DNA of 64,000 nucleotides, taken from assembly GCA_010015585.1 (NCBI GenBank), contig ML975180.1, one strand, 5' to 3'. Shown here piece after piece: positions 46,163 to 58,600 of this stretch (positions are counted from its first letter, which is position 1; each line of letters starts with the position of its first letter). The position numbers were made by a program, and so were the translations under genes. A model generated the notes under the pieces. It had not been told where the DNA came from. It was given only the letters and a program-made list of their open reading frames with translations, and ran no database searches. Source of the stretch: Eremomyces bilateralis CBS 781.70. Taxonomy: Eukaryota.

Positions 46163-48995
46163 TAGGGATGTGTAAAGTGCGAAAAGTAAGGACCTTACCG
46201 TAAACTAGCCCTAGATTTCTGGAAAGGTTATTTTTTACCTTACATGACGGTATTATGCGCTAGCTTAATATGGTTAGTGTATTTTTTTGTATCAATAGCA
46301 CGCTAGTCGTATATAGTTAGTAACAACGATTCTACCAAGGCCCCAAACTCCAAACCACCGTCATTTCTATCTACGATATCTTCACAAAACGACGTTTAAT
46401 CTTAATATACAATACATTTCTATAATGCCCTGATCAAAGGCTACAAAGCAATATTTATATCACATGAAAAAGTCTATGTTCTACTCACTTCAAACTGTCG
46501 CGTCTTCTTGTCAACTGTCGAGCCGAAAGATGATGCACGTTGCCTTGGGCAACGAGCTGGAATATTTGATGCATTTTCTGCCGCCGCCCATAGCCGTACG
46601 AAACCTAACTTATTATTATTATTATTTACATGAGCAGATTGCTCTCGATGAGCTGTATAATTTGATATGGATAAGACAATATCTAGACTAGGTTTTCGTT
46701 GGTTACGGGTATGCCATTGCGTTGAGCATGAAAGTGCTCAACTTCTTGAATAAGTTTGTGGCCACTTTATTCATCAACTACAGAACTCAAAATAATTTCA
46801 CCAAACATCGATCAATTCGTACTTTTTTTACATCAAATTATTCGTCTTGATAAGCTCTACTACTCCATCTATTCAAATGCCCCCTAAAGATCGTCTTGTC
46901 TGGAAATATTTCGAGGAGCGCCCTGAGCTTGGCATACCGAAGCAAAAGTATTGTACACTTTGCAATAGATACAGCTGTCAATCGAACACCACCAGAGAAC
47001 GCACACATCTCGTTACTATTTGCAAGGAAAATATGGAGGCAAAGGAATCAGAGAACAGAGGAAAGGATGAGATACAGAGAAAGAGGCCTCTTTCTCCAAA
47101 TGAAGATGCTTCGCCTATTGTCAAAATACCCAGGCAAACGACGCTGACAGCAAACGGTATTACCTACCGTACGCAGGGCGAGAGACTGCAGGAGAGAATC
47201 GAGGCTCTTCTAACGCGGTTCATCGTGATGTCTGGATCTCCATTTTCACTTGTTGAAAACAGCGATTTCCAGAGTTTTATCAAGATACTCGATCCTGCCT
47301 TCAAACTCCCTAATCGCGAACGCCTCAGTGGTGAGCTCCTCGCCGACCTATATCACAAAACATCGCTTCAAGTCCAACACGTTATCGACCATCGACGCGA
47401 CCATTTCAGCCTCAATTTCTGTCTGGACGAGTCGAATAACCAACAGAACGATCGCGTCTTGAACTTCTCCGTTGTCCATCCCGACTTTGGATCGCTTACA
47501 CTCCATACAAGACCTGTCGATGCGCAAGCCTCCTTGACTGGGGAATTCTATTACGAATACTTCCGCTCGGTGGTAAAACCGGTGGTGAAAGGAGATTACA
47601 AGCGGATCAACAGTATCTCGACGGATACCTGCAAGACAATGAGGAAGTTCTGGAAACTCTGTCAAAATGATGAAGAGCTATCGCATATCATCTGTGTACC
47701 TTGTCAATCTCACAGTTTAAACCTCCTCATTGGCGATATCATCAAGATGGACCATTTCCGCGATCATTTCACCACTTTCAAGAATCTCGTCCGCGACCTC
47801 TCGTCCTCAAACAAAACCATCGGTGAGATTAAAAAGATACAGCAAGAGAACGGACGGAAATATATCGCTTTTGCTTCAGCGGTAGAGACGCGATGGGGAA
47901 GTCATATCGCGATGCTGAAATCGCTGCAGGCGAACAGAGATCCTATACAAGAATTCTTTTTCTCGCGATTACCTCTGCTTACCGGTGATGCGATTAAGAA
48001 GCTGAAACCGTACCGCGATGAGATTCTGGCCCCTGGTCTGTGGAATGAGCTTGATCGGACTCTCCACGTCCTTGATCCTATCACCAAGGCTCTGAAAAAG
48101 ACGGAATCATCTCGATTAGACATTGGGCGTGTCGTAAAGCTCTGGAACGACCTTAGGAAAGAGGTTGAGTCTGCAGGAATCCGGTTTGGTATGGATGCCT
48201 TCGCAGCGAAGCTCCTCGCGGTGTTTGATAAGCGATATCAAGACCAGCTGGATGTCTCATTTCACCACCTCGCGTTTTATATCCATCCAGAGTTTAGGAA
48301 AGAGCCTCTCCAAGCTGATTCGCTCGATTACATCAAAAGCACGATCCAGGATCTATTTTTTCCAGAGGAGGAAGATGTCCAGGCCTGCCTTGATGAGATT
48401 ATGCTATTCAAGTCTTCATCGGGCATCTTTGCATCAAATAAGGACCTAGCGAAGCGAGTTGGTGATCCTGAGGGATACTGGAGGTTTGCGGAGGCTCTCC
48501 TTCATAGCAGTCGTATCGCTTCTATCGCTGCCCGCATCTTTTCAGCTCCAACGAGCTCAGTTCCATCTGAACGAGCGTTTTCTATTCAGAATCTCACGAT
48601 GAGTGCGAAGCGCTCACGATTGGATCCAGAGAGATGTAATAAAATGATGTATATCTATATGAATCGGCGATCGATGGACGCGATGAAGCAGGAGCGAAAA
48701 GAACGCGGTGTATCGCAGATTGAGATGGAGGATCTCCTCCTCCAAATTGAGGAGGAAATCGGGCTGCGATATCACGCATTTGACGATGTCTAAATAGCTT
48801 CATAACTTCCTACTTCAGCGTGTTTTGAGTCTGAGATCTCCATCACTTATGGTTGTCTGTGAACATCATCAACCCGAGGTCGTATTACAAATTTGTATGG
48901 TAATGTGGGCCGGTAAAGTAAAAAATCTATAATACCGCCAAGACCCGTAATTACGGGCAATCTATCTTTCATACATCTTACATTACACACCCCTA
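46163..48995 (+). mobile_element. Complete autonomous hAT DNA transposon (2833 bp)
   Basis: Left TIR TAGGGATGTGTAAAGT at 46163. Right TIR reverse complement TAGGGGTGTGTAATGT ends at 48995. An identical 8-bp TSD GTCCCTTT lies at 46155-46162 and 48996-49003. Encodes a hAT transposase. Confidence 0.93.
46877..48793 (+). CDS. hAT transposase (BED zinc finger, RNase H-like DDE core, hATC dimerisation domain)
   Basis: VWKYF..CTLC..HLVTIC (BED), PFSLVEN, CLDES, STDT, CQSHSLNL (CxxH), TRWGS, and YW...IAARIFSAPTSSVPSERAFS. Confidence 0.93.
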   Translation: MPPKDRLVWKYFEERPELGIPKQKYCTLCNRYSCQSNTTRERTHLVTICKENMEAKESENRGKDEIQRKRPLSPNEDASPIVKIPRQTTLTANGITYRTQGERLQERIEALLTRFIVMSGSPFSLVENSDFQSFIKILDPAFKLPNRERLSGELLADLYHKTSLQVQHVIDHRRDHFSLNFCLDESNNQQNDRVLNFSVVHPDFGSLTLHTRPVDAQASLTGEFYYEYFRSVVKPVVKGDYKRINSISTDTCKTMRKFWKLCQNDEELSHIICVPCQSHSLNLLIGDIIKMDHFRDHFTTFKNLVRDLSSSNKTIGEIKKIQQENGRKYIAFASAVETRWGSHIAMLKSLQANRDPIQEFFFSRLPLLTGDAIKKLKPYRDEILAPGLWNELDRTLHVLDPITKALKKTESSRLDIGRVVKLWNDLRKEVESAGIRFGMDAFAAKLLAVFDKRYQDQLDVSFHHLAFYIHPEFRKEPLQADSLDYIKSTIQDLFFPEEEDVQACLDEIMLFKSSSGIFASNKDLAKRVGDPEGYWRFAEALLHSSRIASIAARIFSAPTSSVPSERAFSIQNLTMSAKRSRLDPERCNKMMYIYMNRRSMDAMKQERKERGVSQIEMEDLLLQIEEEIGLRYHAFDDV

Positions 48996-49274
48996 GTCCC
49001 TTTCGTCCCATCGAAATCGTATCCGATGCATATCCTGACACGCCTCACGGATCTGCCGAGATGTAACGGGCTCACGTTCCAGTACTTGATCGCTCCCTCG
49101 CATGGATCGATTGATTACCGATGTTTTCTCCCAACCAGCGAGAAATCAAAGCCTATGAGCGTCAGTCCATGGAGCCCCAAGCCGATGAGGTGATATATAC
49201 TCTGCTTCTGTTCGCTGATCCACCATGTGGATGAATGGAATCGGTTTGCTAGACTCCCTCCAACCACAACCATC

Positions 49275-51264
49275 ATGCACATCCGCGATCAATTCTACAG
49301 CGCCACGGAGCTAAAAGGCTCAAAGGGGGTAATCGAAAAGGTTGAGCGGGTTGACAGCAATGAATCCGATGAGCAAGTTCTTGGGACCACCAACTTGTAC
49401 CAAGATGGAAAGCTTCAATGTGTGCCGATGCCAACGCCAGATCCGAAAGGTATGTTCATGTACTCTGAACGACGGCAATTCTAACGCGAGATAGACCCCC
49501 TAAACCTCCCAAGATGGCGAAGATGGATGGCGATTATATCGCTTTGTTTCTGTATGTGCTCTTCCATCGTCGTCGTCGCTCAATCCTGATGACGATATGT
49601 AGTTGGGGCGCTGGCTCTCTCCGCCGAGACCATTGTCGGTGCTCTGATTCCCGTCTTTGTCCTCGAGTATGCGGGACAAGACCCGAAAATCTTGGGCTCT
49701 CTCGCGGGATTCCCTCCAGACCCGTCTGGCATCGTGCCTTCAAGCGCCGTGGATCAGCTCGCCGGTCTCGGAGGGCCCCCCATCTGGAAGGTTTCGTTAC
49801 TGTCGTCCCTGCCGATCCTCACCAACGGGATCAGCAGTTATTTTCTGGTTCCCGCATCCATTGCCATTGGTCGACGTCCAGTCCTTCTCTTGTGTGGGGT
49901 AATGGCGTGGGCTGGTGGCGTTTGGGCCGGTCTCAGTCATTCGCTCGATAGCCATCTCGCGGCCAGGTGCTTTCAAGGGCTGGGCGCCGGCGCCGTGGAA
50001 GCCTTGATTCCACTTGTGGTGCAAGATTTGGTCTTCATTCATCATCGCAACCGCGCAATGGCTGGCATCTGGGCAGCACAGGTGAGTCAAGCACGCACCT
50101 GACTGACGAACAAGCACTGACTGATTACAGGGCGTCATCATTATTTGCCTAGGCATCGGGTCGCCGATCATAGTTGTAACCACAGGCTGGCGGCTGTTGT
50201 ATTTCCTTACTGCAGGCTTGACCGCCGGCGCATGGCTCATGGTGGCGGCGTTCGTCCCAGAATCTCGCTTCCCACGGAGTCCAGCCGAGCTCAGTATGAC
50301 ACCTATCAGACACTTTCCATGGTCCTCAATGCTGACCATCTGCAGGCGGCAAATCCCTTTATCCCCTCGCACCTGGCGAGCCGCGCCCTGCGTTGGACTA
50401 CAGCCAATTCGGTCCCCGGACTCTCGGAACCGACTTCGGTATCATGAATTTTGGATATCAATTCAAAGAAGCGGGACAATCGATGCTTGACACCGTTCGC
50501 ACTATGGTCTTCCCGAACATGATCTGGGCCATTCTAGTCAATAGCGCCATCATCTCCATCTACAATGCCGCAGCGCAAACCGGTTCCACCGTCTTGCTTG
50601 CTGCTGGGTGAGTCCCATGCCCTGGAATTCTCGGAACCCCAATTGACAAGTGCTAGCTGGGAGTTCCGGAAGATCGGTCTGGCGGTCATCCCCATCATGG
50701 TAGCGACCCCGTTCGTCTTCCTCATCAGCGGTTTCTTCGCCGACAAGGTCTCCAACTGGCATGCGAAGCGGAACGGCGGCCGCCGCGAGCCCGAGGCCCA
50801 TTTGCTGAGCCTCGTCCTCCCTCTGCTCAGCGGTGCGACCGGATGCATCGCGTTCGGGTACGCCGGCGAGCACATCTACACGTCGCATTGGTCGGTGCTT
50901 CTAATCGGTACCTTCTTGCTGGCGTTTAGCTTCCTCAGCGTGAACACTATCGCCGCCGTGTTCGTGGTGGAAAGCTACCCTCAATGGGCCGGGTGAGTTG
51001 TTCCCGAGAAAGACTGATCGCTCCGTCGCTAACGTTCCCAGCCCCGTGCTCGTCAACGTCTCCAGCTTCCGCTGCATCGTCGGCTTTGCCATGTCGTTCC
51101 GGGCTACCACTTGGATTCAGGCGCGCGGTTATTTGGGTTGCTTTGCGATCTATGCCGGCATTCTTGGCTTTCTGACGCTGGTTATGCCGCTCGTGTATAT
51201 TTATGGAAAACGGATTCGTGCATGGACGGCGGGTAACGTGCCAACAAGAGGTGTTAAGACCTGA
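49275..51264 (+). CDS. MFS transporter (fungal Hol1/DHA1-like), about 7 exons
   Basis: PMPTPDPK|DPLNLPRWRRW, IAIGRRPVLL, ARCFQGLGAGAVE, DLVFIHHRNRAM, NGGRREPEAHL, YIYGKRIRAWT. Confidence 0.88.
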
Positions 51265-51459
51265 GCCGACTTTCAGGTCGTGATGGAGTTTTGACGGGGC
51301 AACATCTAGACAGCTGGACATGTCGCGATAGATAGGTATGGATATCAGTCATCCAGGGGTAATATTAGCTCGGGGTGAATAGGTCCGGGAATTGATGTGT
51401 ATATCTGATATCCATATATTTATAAACGAGTCAACCATTATTACCACCTCCGGCGAGAC

Positions 51460-54242
51460 TCATAGCATCCAGGGTGCATAGTCGCGTTCGAACCGGCTTT
51501 CTTCAGCAATATCAAACGCCATGCTCCTCAATGAGTCCGCACCAATACTCCGCTTGTTCAGCAACGCCTTCCTCTTCAGCCTCAACATCATGCTATTCGC
51601 TCCACCCAGGCTCTTAAGGTTGTCCTTGCTCCTTCGGCGCAAATGCTTAACATTCACCGGACTTTTCCCCCGGGAGTCCTTGCGCATGTGTCGCCAGATC
51701 ACGCGTGCGCGGTCGGGAGTAAGACGCGTCGTTGAGCCCTCGTGGCTGCTCTTGTGAGAGATATTATGCACGATCGTGCAGCGTGATCCGCTTCTGCCTA
51801 CGGAGGGGACGGACTTGACACTGGGAGACAGACGAAGGAGCTCTTGCGAGTCGATCGAGAGCACTTCGGTATATGAAGGGACACTGTGAAGACTTCGCTC
51901 GTGGATGGATAACTCGGGAATCGGGAGCTTGTGTTCGACTCGATATCGATAATCGAGTTCATCGCGTAGACGACCCATGCTGTCGTTCGGCGATGAGTCG
52001 TAGTCCATCTCAATGAGTAGCTCATCAATATCAGACAGCGCCTTGCCCGGAGAGTAAGACTCTGCGAACAACGATGCAAGAGATTCAATGGCCTGTTTCC
52101 TTCCAATTCGGGCCGAGTTCGAATACGACAAGGCGGCAGCGTCCGAATTCGCCCAAAACGACGTATTGTCTGGTCTCCGGACTCTTGCGTCCTCACGAAT
52201 CACAACCCGACTCTTGTTGGGGAAAAGAGAATGTCGAAATGATACTTCGACATTCAAGACGTCGGTGTAGATATCTCCCAGCAACGTTTCTAAGTCGTGG
52301 AAAGCACCATCGGCGGGATTCTTTCGATGGTGCTCACGTGAATGAAGACAATGTTCCAACGCCGGCACTCGGATTTGCATAAACAGACGCGCAACTTGGC
52401 CCGGACGCAAGACACGAAGTGACGTGTTGCCAACCACACGTTGCTCCTGGCAGCCATCGCCCGCTCTCGCACAGATGGAGACGTCTGTGATTTTTTCCAA
52501 GGTGACACCCGCTCTCGCAAGACTCATTATATCCGAAATCCTCGAACCGGTTTCCGTGCATCCTGGCCCGCATGCATCCGTCAAACTCGCCATATCGGCG
52601 CACGTGGGAACGATGTTCCACCCGCTCGGACGGCTGTGGGGCACATCGCAAGGAGATCCGGGCGGCAGGACCACGTGGATTGCGGATGGCGCTAACCGTC
52701 TCATTGCGGACCAATATTTCATCGGAGTTCGACTGAAGATAAAGGCCTGAAATTGGGAGCTAGGCACCCTGGGTGGCACTGCAAGACATTCTGATACCTT
52801 TTTGACCGCGGAATTAAAATGCTCGCACGGGTCGTTCGGACAGTTGTTCGAGTAGCGCCGACATTGTGCGGGAGACGAAAGGATTTTCTTTAGGGCTGGA
52901 ACATTGGGATGATCGAGAGCGTACAAATCGCAGTCCCCGTCATTTTCGTCGGACTGTTCGAAGGAACAGGCAGAGTGAAGCACCGCGATCCTGTCCCCCA
53001 GCCTATTCAAATGGCCTGCGATGGAAATGGCGAGTTTTTGCACCATATTTAGCCATTGCTGTGACGATGCAAGTCTAATAGCGTCAGTCATGTGCCATCG
53101 CTGCTTTGTAGGGCCTTACGAGTCGTCAATAACCAGAACCACGTCGAGGTTAGCTCCACAGCGGATCAGGTCATCATGGTGCGTCAGAATCGCATGTAAT
53201 TCGACGCCCACCCATATTGATCGCCCTTGATCAGCATCAATTACATCGGCGGTTTGCAAAACCTCTAACTTTGCAGTGAGCGCTGGTTCAGGGCCTACGT
53301 CTGTTTGGTAGTGCCGTATGACAGATTTTGTGGAGGACACACTACATGGAAAAGGGGCGGAACCGGTACTTGGAGAGACTGCGTCCTCTGTCCGAAAGGT
53401 TTGGCTTTCAAGCTCGGCTTCCAGAGTCTCATAGGAATGGCGTTTCAGGGAGGCATATAGATCCTGGCTCGTATTAGGAGATGTGCTATTCAGTCAGCGC
53501 CGCCGTTAAGTTATTTAGGTCGAACATACTGCTTCGTGGCATCTTCCGGCGTATCGTTCCGAATGTTGAGAAGACCAGTCACACTGCCATCGGAGCAAGT
53601 AACCGAACCCCCCTCCTTGCCGTTCCTACTAGTGACTCCAAGATTTGAGCCCTCATTCATCATCGGTTCCGTGCTCGGATGTGTTTTCGGTTGACGGAAG
53701 CTTAGGAGTTTCGAGAACACCCGCCGTTTCACCGAGCCGCGTTTTCGAGAGTTCTCACTAGACAGACCGAATGACGAGAGGGGTAGACGTGCAAGTATTT
53801 CCGTCGAACTTCGCGCCAGATCCGCGCCTCGCGATGGCGTTACCCATGGTTGCCCGTGCCCCCCGAGACCACGAAGGCTGATATTATCCTCGGGAGGAAT
53901 TTCTCGCAACGGCTGAGGATCCGCTTTGAGGGCGGACGGTCTGCCCTCATTATGGCCTTGAAATATCTGAAGCCTTCGCAGTTTTGTGCTCGACTTTCCC
54001 ATGGGTCCAAGGCTTCCACCATGCTCCGCTTTTCGGGTTTTTCGGACATTAACACTGGACCACGCTGGTGTGCGATGGAGAGACTCCTTGGGTCTGGGTG
54101 AAATAGGCGACGTGGTGGTGTCTGTCAATATCGTCTGAGCCGACCCGGAAGCTCTGCTGTGATGCCAGGCCCCTGGTGTCTGCCTTGATGACTGTCGCCG
54201 CGGAATCGTGACGAGATGCGGATCAGTGTTCTCATCTCCCAT
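51460..54242 (-). CDS. Hypothetical fungal protein with central vWA-like region, 3 exons
   Basis: ORFs 53511-54242, 53116-53340 and 51460-53091 are joined by GTATGT and GTAAGG introns. LDVVLVIDDS and DRIAV resemble vWA beta-strands. C-terminus is ALLNKRSIGADSLRS...APWML. Confidence 0.62.
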
Positions 54243-54589
54243 GGTTGAACTTGCTCACTTGAAGCGTGATCGGCCGATTTGTCGACTTTGTATCGTTTTG
54301 TGCTCCCTGGCTTTTTAACCCGTGGCTCATTGAACGGCGATTCGTATCATCTGGCTTCGGCGAATCAACCATCACAAGCGCAGACACCCGCGACATCAAA
54401 CGAAAACTGAACGGAATCAAAAGCTTTAGCACGACACAGAGGATGACGTCCATCATTGTGTTTAGCAAGCAACGTTCGTGTTTCAGGTGCAGGTGGAAAT
54501 ATCCAGTGTTGTTGGTCTCCATCGATGGATGAAGGCAAGCACCAACTACTAGTGCCTCAGACTTCATGGTGTTTAACACTTCAGTGGAA

Positions 54590-55695
54590 TTACTCCGTCT
54601 GAATCGCCATTCCCGCCTTGGTGAAGTCCAAGAGTCGTTGAATATCCTCCGACAATTTCGCTGCCGTTTCTACATCCACTTCGCTAAATCGGATCTCGAA
54701 GGGGTTGGTATCATACTCATAACAGCAGGGCAATAGAGAATACTCACAATGTCATCTTGACCAGAGGCGCCGCCGAAAAGGGCAACGTCAGATACGCTGG
54801 TCTGAATCCCCTTCCTGACCCTTTCTTCCCACACTCCTTCCCAATTCCACTCGCCAGGCCTTCTTACCCTCGTAACTTCGGCATTTCCCATTTCTTTACT
54901 CTGCGGAGATCCATGAAGAGAGACTGCTCCAGTTTGGGTATATTTTTCCATACCCCCATCTTGATGTTCTTGTTGGGCATGGTGAGTTCGCCATGCATGG
55001 TATGCACTGGGATTAGCTACACAATCAAGTGGCAACGAGTCTAATACACTTTCGTCCGTGAATGCAGACTGGACATATCGCAACAGCTCGTACACGGTGA
55101 CAGGTCCTGCTTCTGCCGACCCTGTACGGTCATACCATTGCGGAAATCCGTAACGGAGACTGAACCCCCCGGGAGGGAGCCTCTCCGTATCCCCCGAGCT
55201 TACCGTGTCTGTATCCCTTGCCGAGTAGGTGTAGGTGGTCAAGGGGGTTAGCAGTGGGTGGAATACATCCGTAGAGAAGGTCAACAGCGGAGCCGAGCGG
55301 GGGAAGTCGGGAGGAAATGATATTTGGAACCGGAGAAGGGCAGGTGCATACGGTCCTGAATCGAAAGAGATGCCAATCAGAGGCTGTATTCCCATTACTC
55401 GGCCCAATTCAGCCCGTGGAGAGAGATTACCTTTTCGAACGAACATAACACCAGACCATAGGGCAACGTCCCCAGGGGATAGCGAGAGATAGACCCCATC
55501 AGGACGAGCGTGCTTGAGGCTTGCGCTGGTCGTTGCGGTTAGCTCGAACGATGGAAGAAGCACAGGAAGACACGAAACACGACAGCAGCGGGCAACGTCT
55601 CGTGACCACGATGCGTCAGGGTGTACTGCATTGGCTTACAATTCGAGCAACAGGTTCTGACGCGAGAAGGACGATAGATGTGAGAGATGCATCAT
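54590..55695 (-). CDS. ftsA: Catalytically inactive UBC-fold protein, AKTIP/FTS/Crossbronx-like, about 4 exons
   Basis: RQNLLLE|ASLKHARPDGVYLS...WSGVMFVRK|GPYAPALLRFQISFPPDFP...VFHPLL. The HPN motif is HPL and there is no Cys at the E2 catalytic position. WNWEGVWEERV is also present. Confidence 0.75.
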
Positions 55696-58600
55696 GAGAA
55701 AGGGCGCGATGCGACACACGACAGGCAACGAATGGGGCGAGCACGTTCTGATGGTGTGACGCTCAGGACCGATGAAGATGTCTGGTGCACTTCAAATCCG
55801 GATCCTATTGGATTATGATGAGGATATGACATGCATAGACAAGCGGACTCAATCAAATACGGAATGGAAATGGATTTGGAGCGGCACAAATTTGACGAAG
55901 CAGTGAATGAGAGAGGGTCAAACATTTGAACCGGTGAGCTGTTTTCCTGCAGATCCAGTGACATTTCAGTTTGTATATCGAGGCATCGAGGCATCAATAT
56001 TGGTATTTTTGACCCTATCATGGTGGACACGTCCACAACTTCACATGCAATATTATGCATAACACCGCCTCAGCATCTCGCATAGAATGGAGCTGTACTG
56101 TAACTGACACGGGCTGAATGCATGCGAATCGCAAATAGAACCGTGTCTGGCGTTAATCCTGCGGATAGTTTGCTCTTCTTCAACGACACATGGAGATTGG
56201 AGAGCCATAGACGCTTGACGCCCGGATGTTGTGTCTCACCGCTCACGTTGACTCGATGCTCTGGTCTGCCGTTGTCAGGTACACAACATGCTGCGGTTGC
56301 TGCCATGACGGAACGACACGCTTAGCATTCATGCTAATGCTAACTCTTGTAAGTTTGCAACCCAACCACCCAACGCTATGGAACCGAAATCTGAGGCTGA
56401 AGGTTAATTGAAAACGATGCCGCTAGGATCACTAGCTCCCTATGACGAGCACTGAAAACGGACGAAACTGGGCAACACTATGTAGGCGTCATACACAACC
56501 CTCTACCATCCAATAAAACGAGTGAATGGTTTGAGCAACCTCTTCATTATTATTGTTGCTCTGAGTTTATCCGTATTGTGCATTGCTGCATTTTGAAGGC
56601 ATTCCTTAGGTATCCAGGATTGTCCGAGAATTCATGCCGCGTGGTCACCTCCCAGCTCCTGGCTCCCATGAATACTTGCATGACTTGGGCTTCCCGGTGA
56701 AAGGGACACGAATGTTGAAGATCATGGATCATAAGCCCCAATCACGCCAGGACGAGTACAATTTCGCAATTTCCCGTCCACTCCCTTTGATTTCCATCCC
56801 GTCTTCTAGTGCCGTTCGCATCGCAGGTTGGCATTGGGCTTTAGGCTTCTGGTGACCGATCCCTTTGGATTGTGATAATCGTCCCGGGCTGCATGATCGT
56901 TCAGATGTGACGAGTGACAAATCGACGAGTCACAGTTTTGGCTTCGGGAAATCCAGAGGATTGCCGCCGCTATTGCTTTAATAGGGCGAGAACCGCCACG
57001 GCCCAAAGCACATGGCACGGTGGTACGGGATAATATCGTCTATTGACAACGGTGAACGATCGCTCCAAAATGTAACACAAGAATAGAGAACCAGGGGATT
57101 CTCAGTGAGCGACATCCAGGTTTCCTCGAGGGCGGCTGAACTTCGGGAATCGGGCGGTTCGACTTGCTGGTTCGATTGGGGGATCGACGGCGCTGGGACG
57201 GGGATCCATCCTCCTATCTTTCCTGGACCATGTTACTGGAACCCTCCCAGGTCACATGGATACTGGTTGATGCGAACAATCGACCTGAATCGCAGGGTCG
57301 CGAGGCCGCCTGGGCGTTCCGGTCGGCTGTTCCTCGCGTCGGATTGGCCGCCCGCTCATCCCATCAGGGCCGCGGGGAACGGCGTCCATTTCTCCCCGGC
57401 CAAGCGGATGTGATGCCGCTGAGCAAGTGGTGAGACGAAGACTCACCTTTGTCCGCCGGTCGCCTTGGGTTGCCTCATTTTGCCTGAAGACAAATTCGGT
57501 CTGATCCCGCACAGCAGCGAGGACGGGGAAGCCGAGTGGCCCAACGCCCCAACCGCCCAAGTCGTGGTAGCTCCAGAATGGACAGACAATGGAGGGGAAA
57601 TGACTCCCCCGTAGGCCGTAGAACTTCGTCACCAGTGTTTTGCACTACTGCCTACTGGCCCAGGTGGATAGTTGGGAAGGCGTTTGCTGTATTGTGAGTT
57701 AGTGCTGTGGAACCGAAAGTTCGTAATTTTAGCAAATCAGCAACGCGACTCCAACTGTAACTTGAATGCTTGATGGGTATCCCTGCAGAACGCGTGGGAA
57801 ACATGCCATGTTTGATGTTCGGCGACGCATGGATCTTCGATCGAAGATTGCTCATCGGCAGGAGACCTGGAGGCTGGAGTGCTGGGTAGGAACGGCCGAT
57901 GGATGCCACTTGTATGGTCCGGTGCTGGGTTTATGAGTGAAGCCAGAAGTGCCAGCTGCCACCATGCCACGAGTCCACGCGTGAGATCCGTCCACTTGCA
58001 AAGACCCTCTACTAACCTAACTAACCTTCTCTTTTTCTCTGCCATTGTCCACTGGTCATGGAGAGAACATCATGGCCCAAACATTTTACTTTCTATTTTC
58101 CTAATAGTAAATCCTGCCCAGTTAGCCGCGGCTGAAGGTCTAGCAGTTAACGGTTAGCAGTTGGCACTCACTGGGTCTACTCCTTTTACCCCCGCCGATC
58201 AAAAACAAGTTTGATGAGATTATTTCCCTCATTTAGCTGTCCTTCTGATTCTTCACGGCTGGCCTTCCGATTCGCTAGCTGACTCGTGCACGCAAAAAAC
58301 TGGCTTACTCCTATGGACTTTAGGGATGTCACGCGGAGTGGGGGTTAGAAGAGCGAGTTTGATCAAGGTGGCTTAGTAATCACATGAGATAATACCTCCG
58401 GATCCTTTGCTACCTGTGAATGACAATTTTTGGTTGTCGTTCGACACAACCGTCCGTTCCGATATTGTTGATGGCACAGCACACAGGGGACAAGAAAACC
58501 GCTTTCGAGTTTCGACGGCGCAAGGGTAACGATGACCGCGACGCCTATCAATCCACAGCCCCGTTTTGATCCCTGTCTGGTAAATTGGATAATTTTTTGG

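Noticed and set aside
46609..46627. (TTA)n microsatellite inside the transposon 5' region
   Set aside because: Short simple repeat. The Y-rich ORF over it (46464-46691) is probably spurious.
58321..58329. TAGGGATGT, matching the start of the hAT left TIR
   Set aside because: No matching inverted partner or TSD was found by eye, and a 9-mer can arise by chance.
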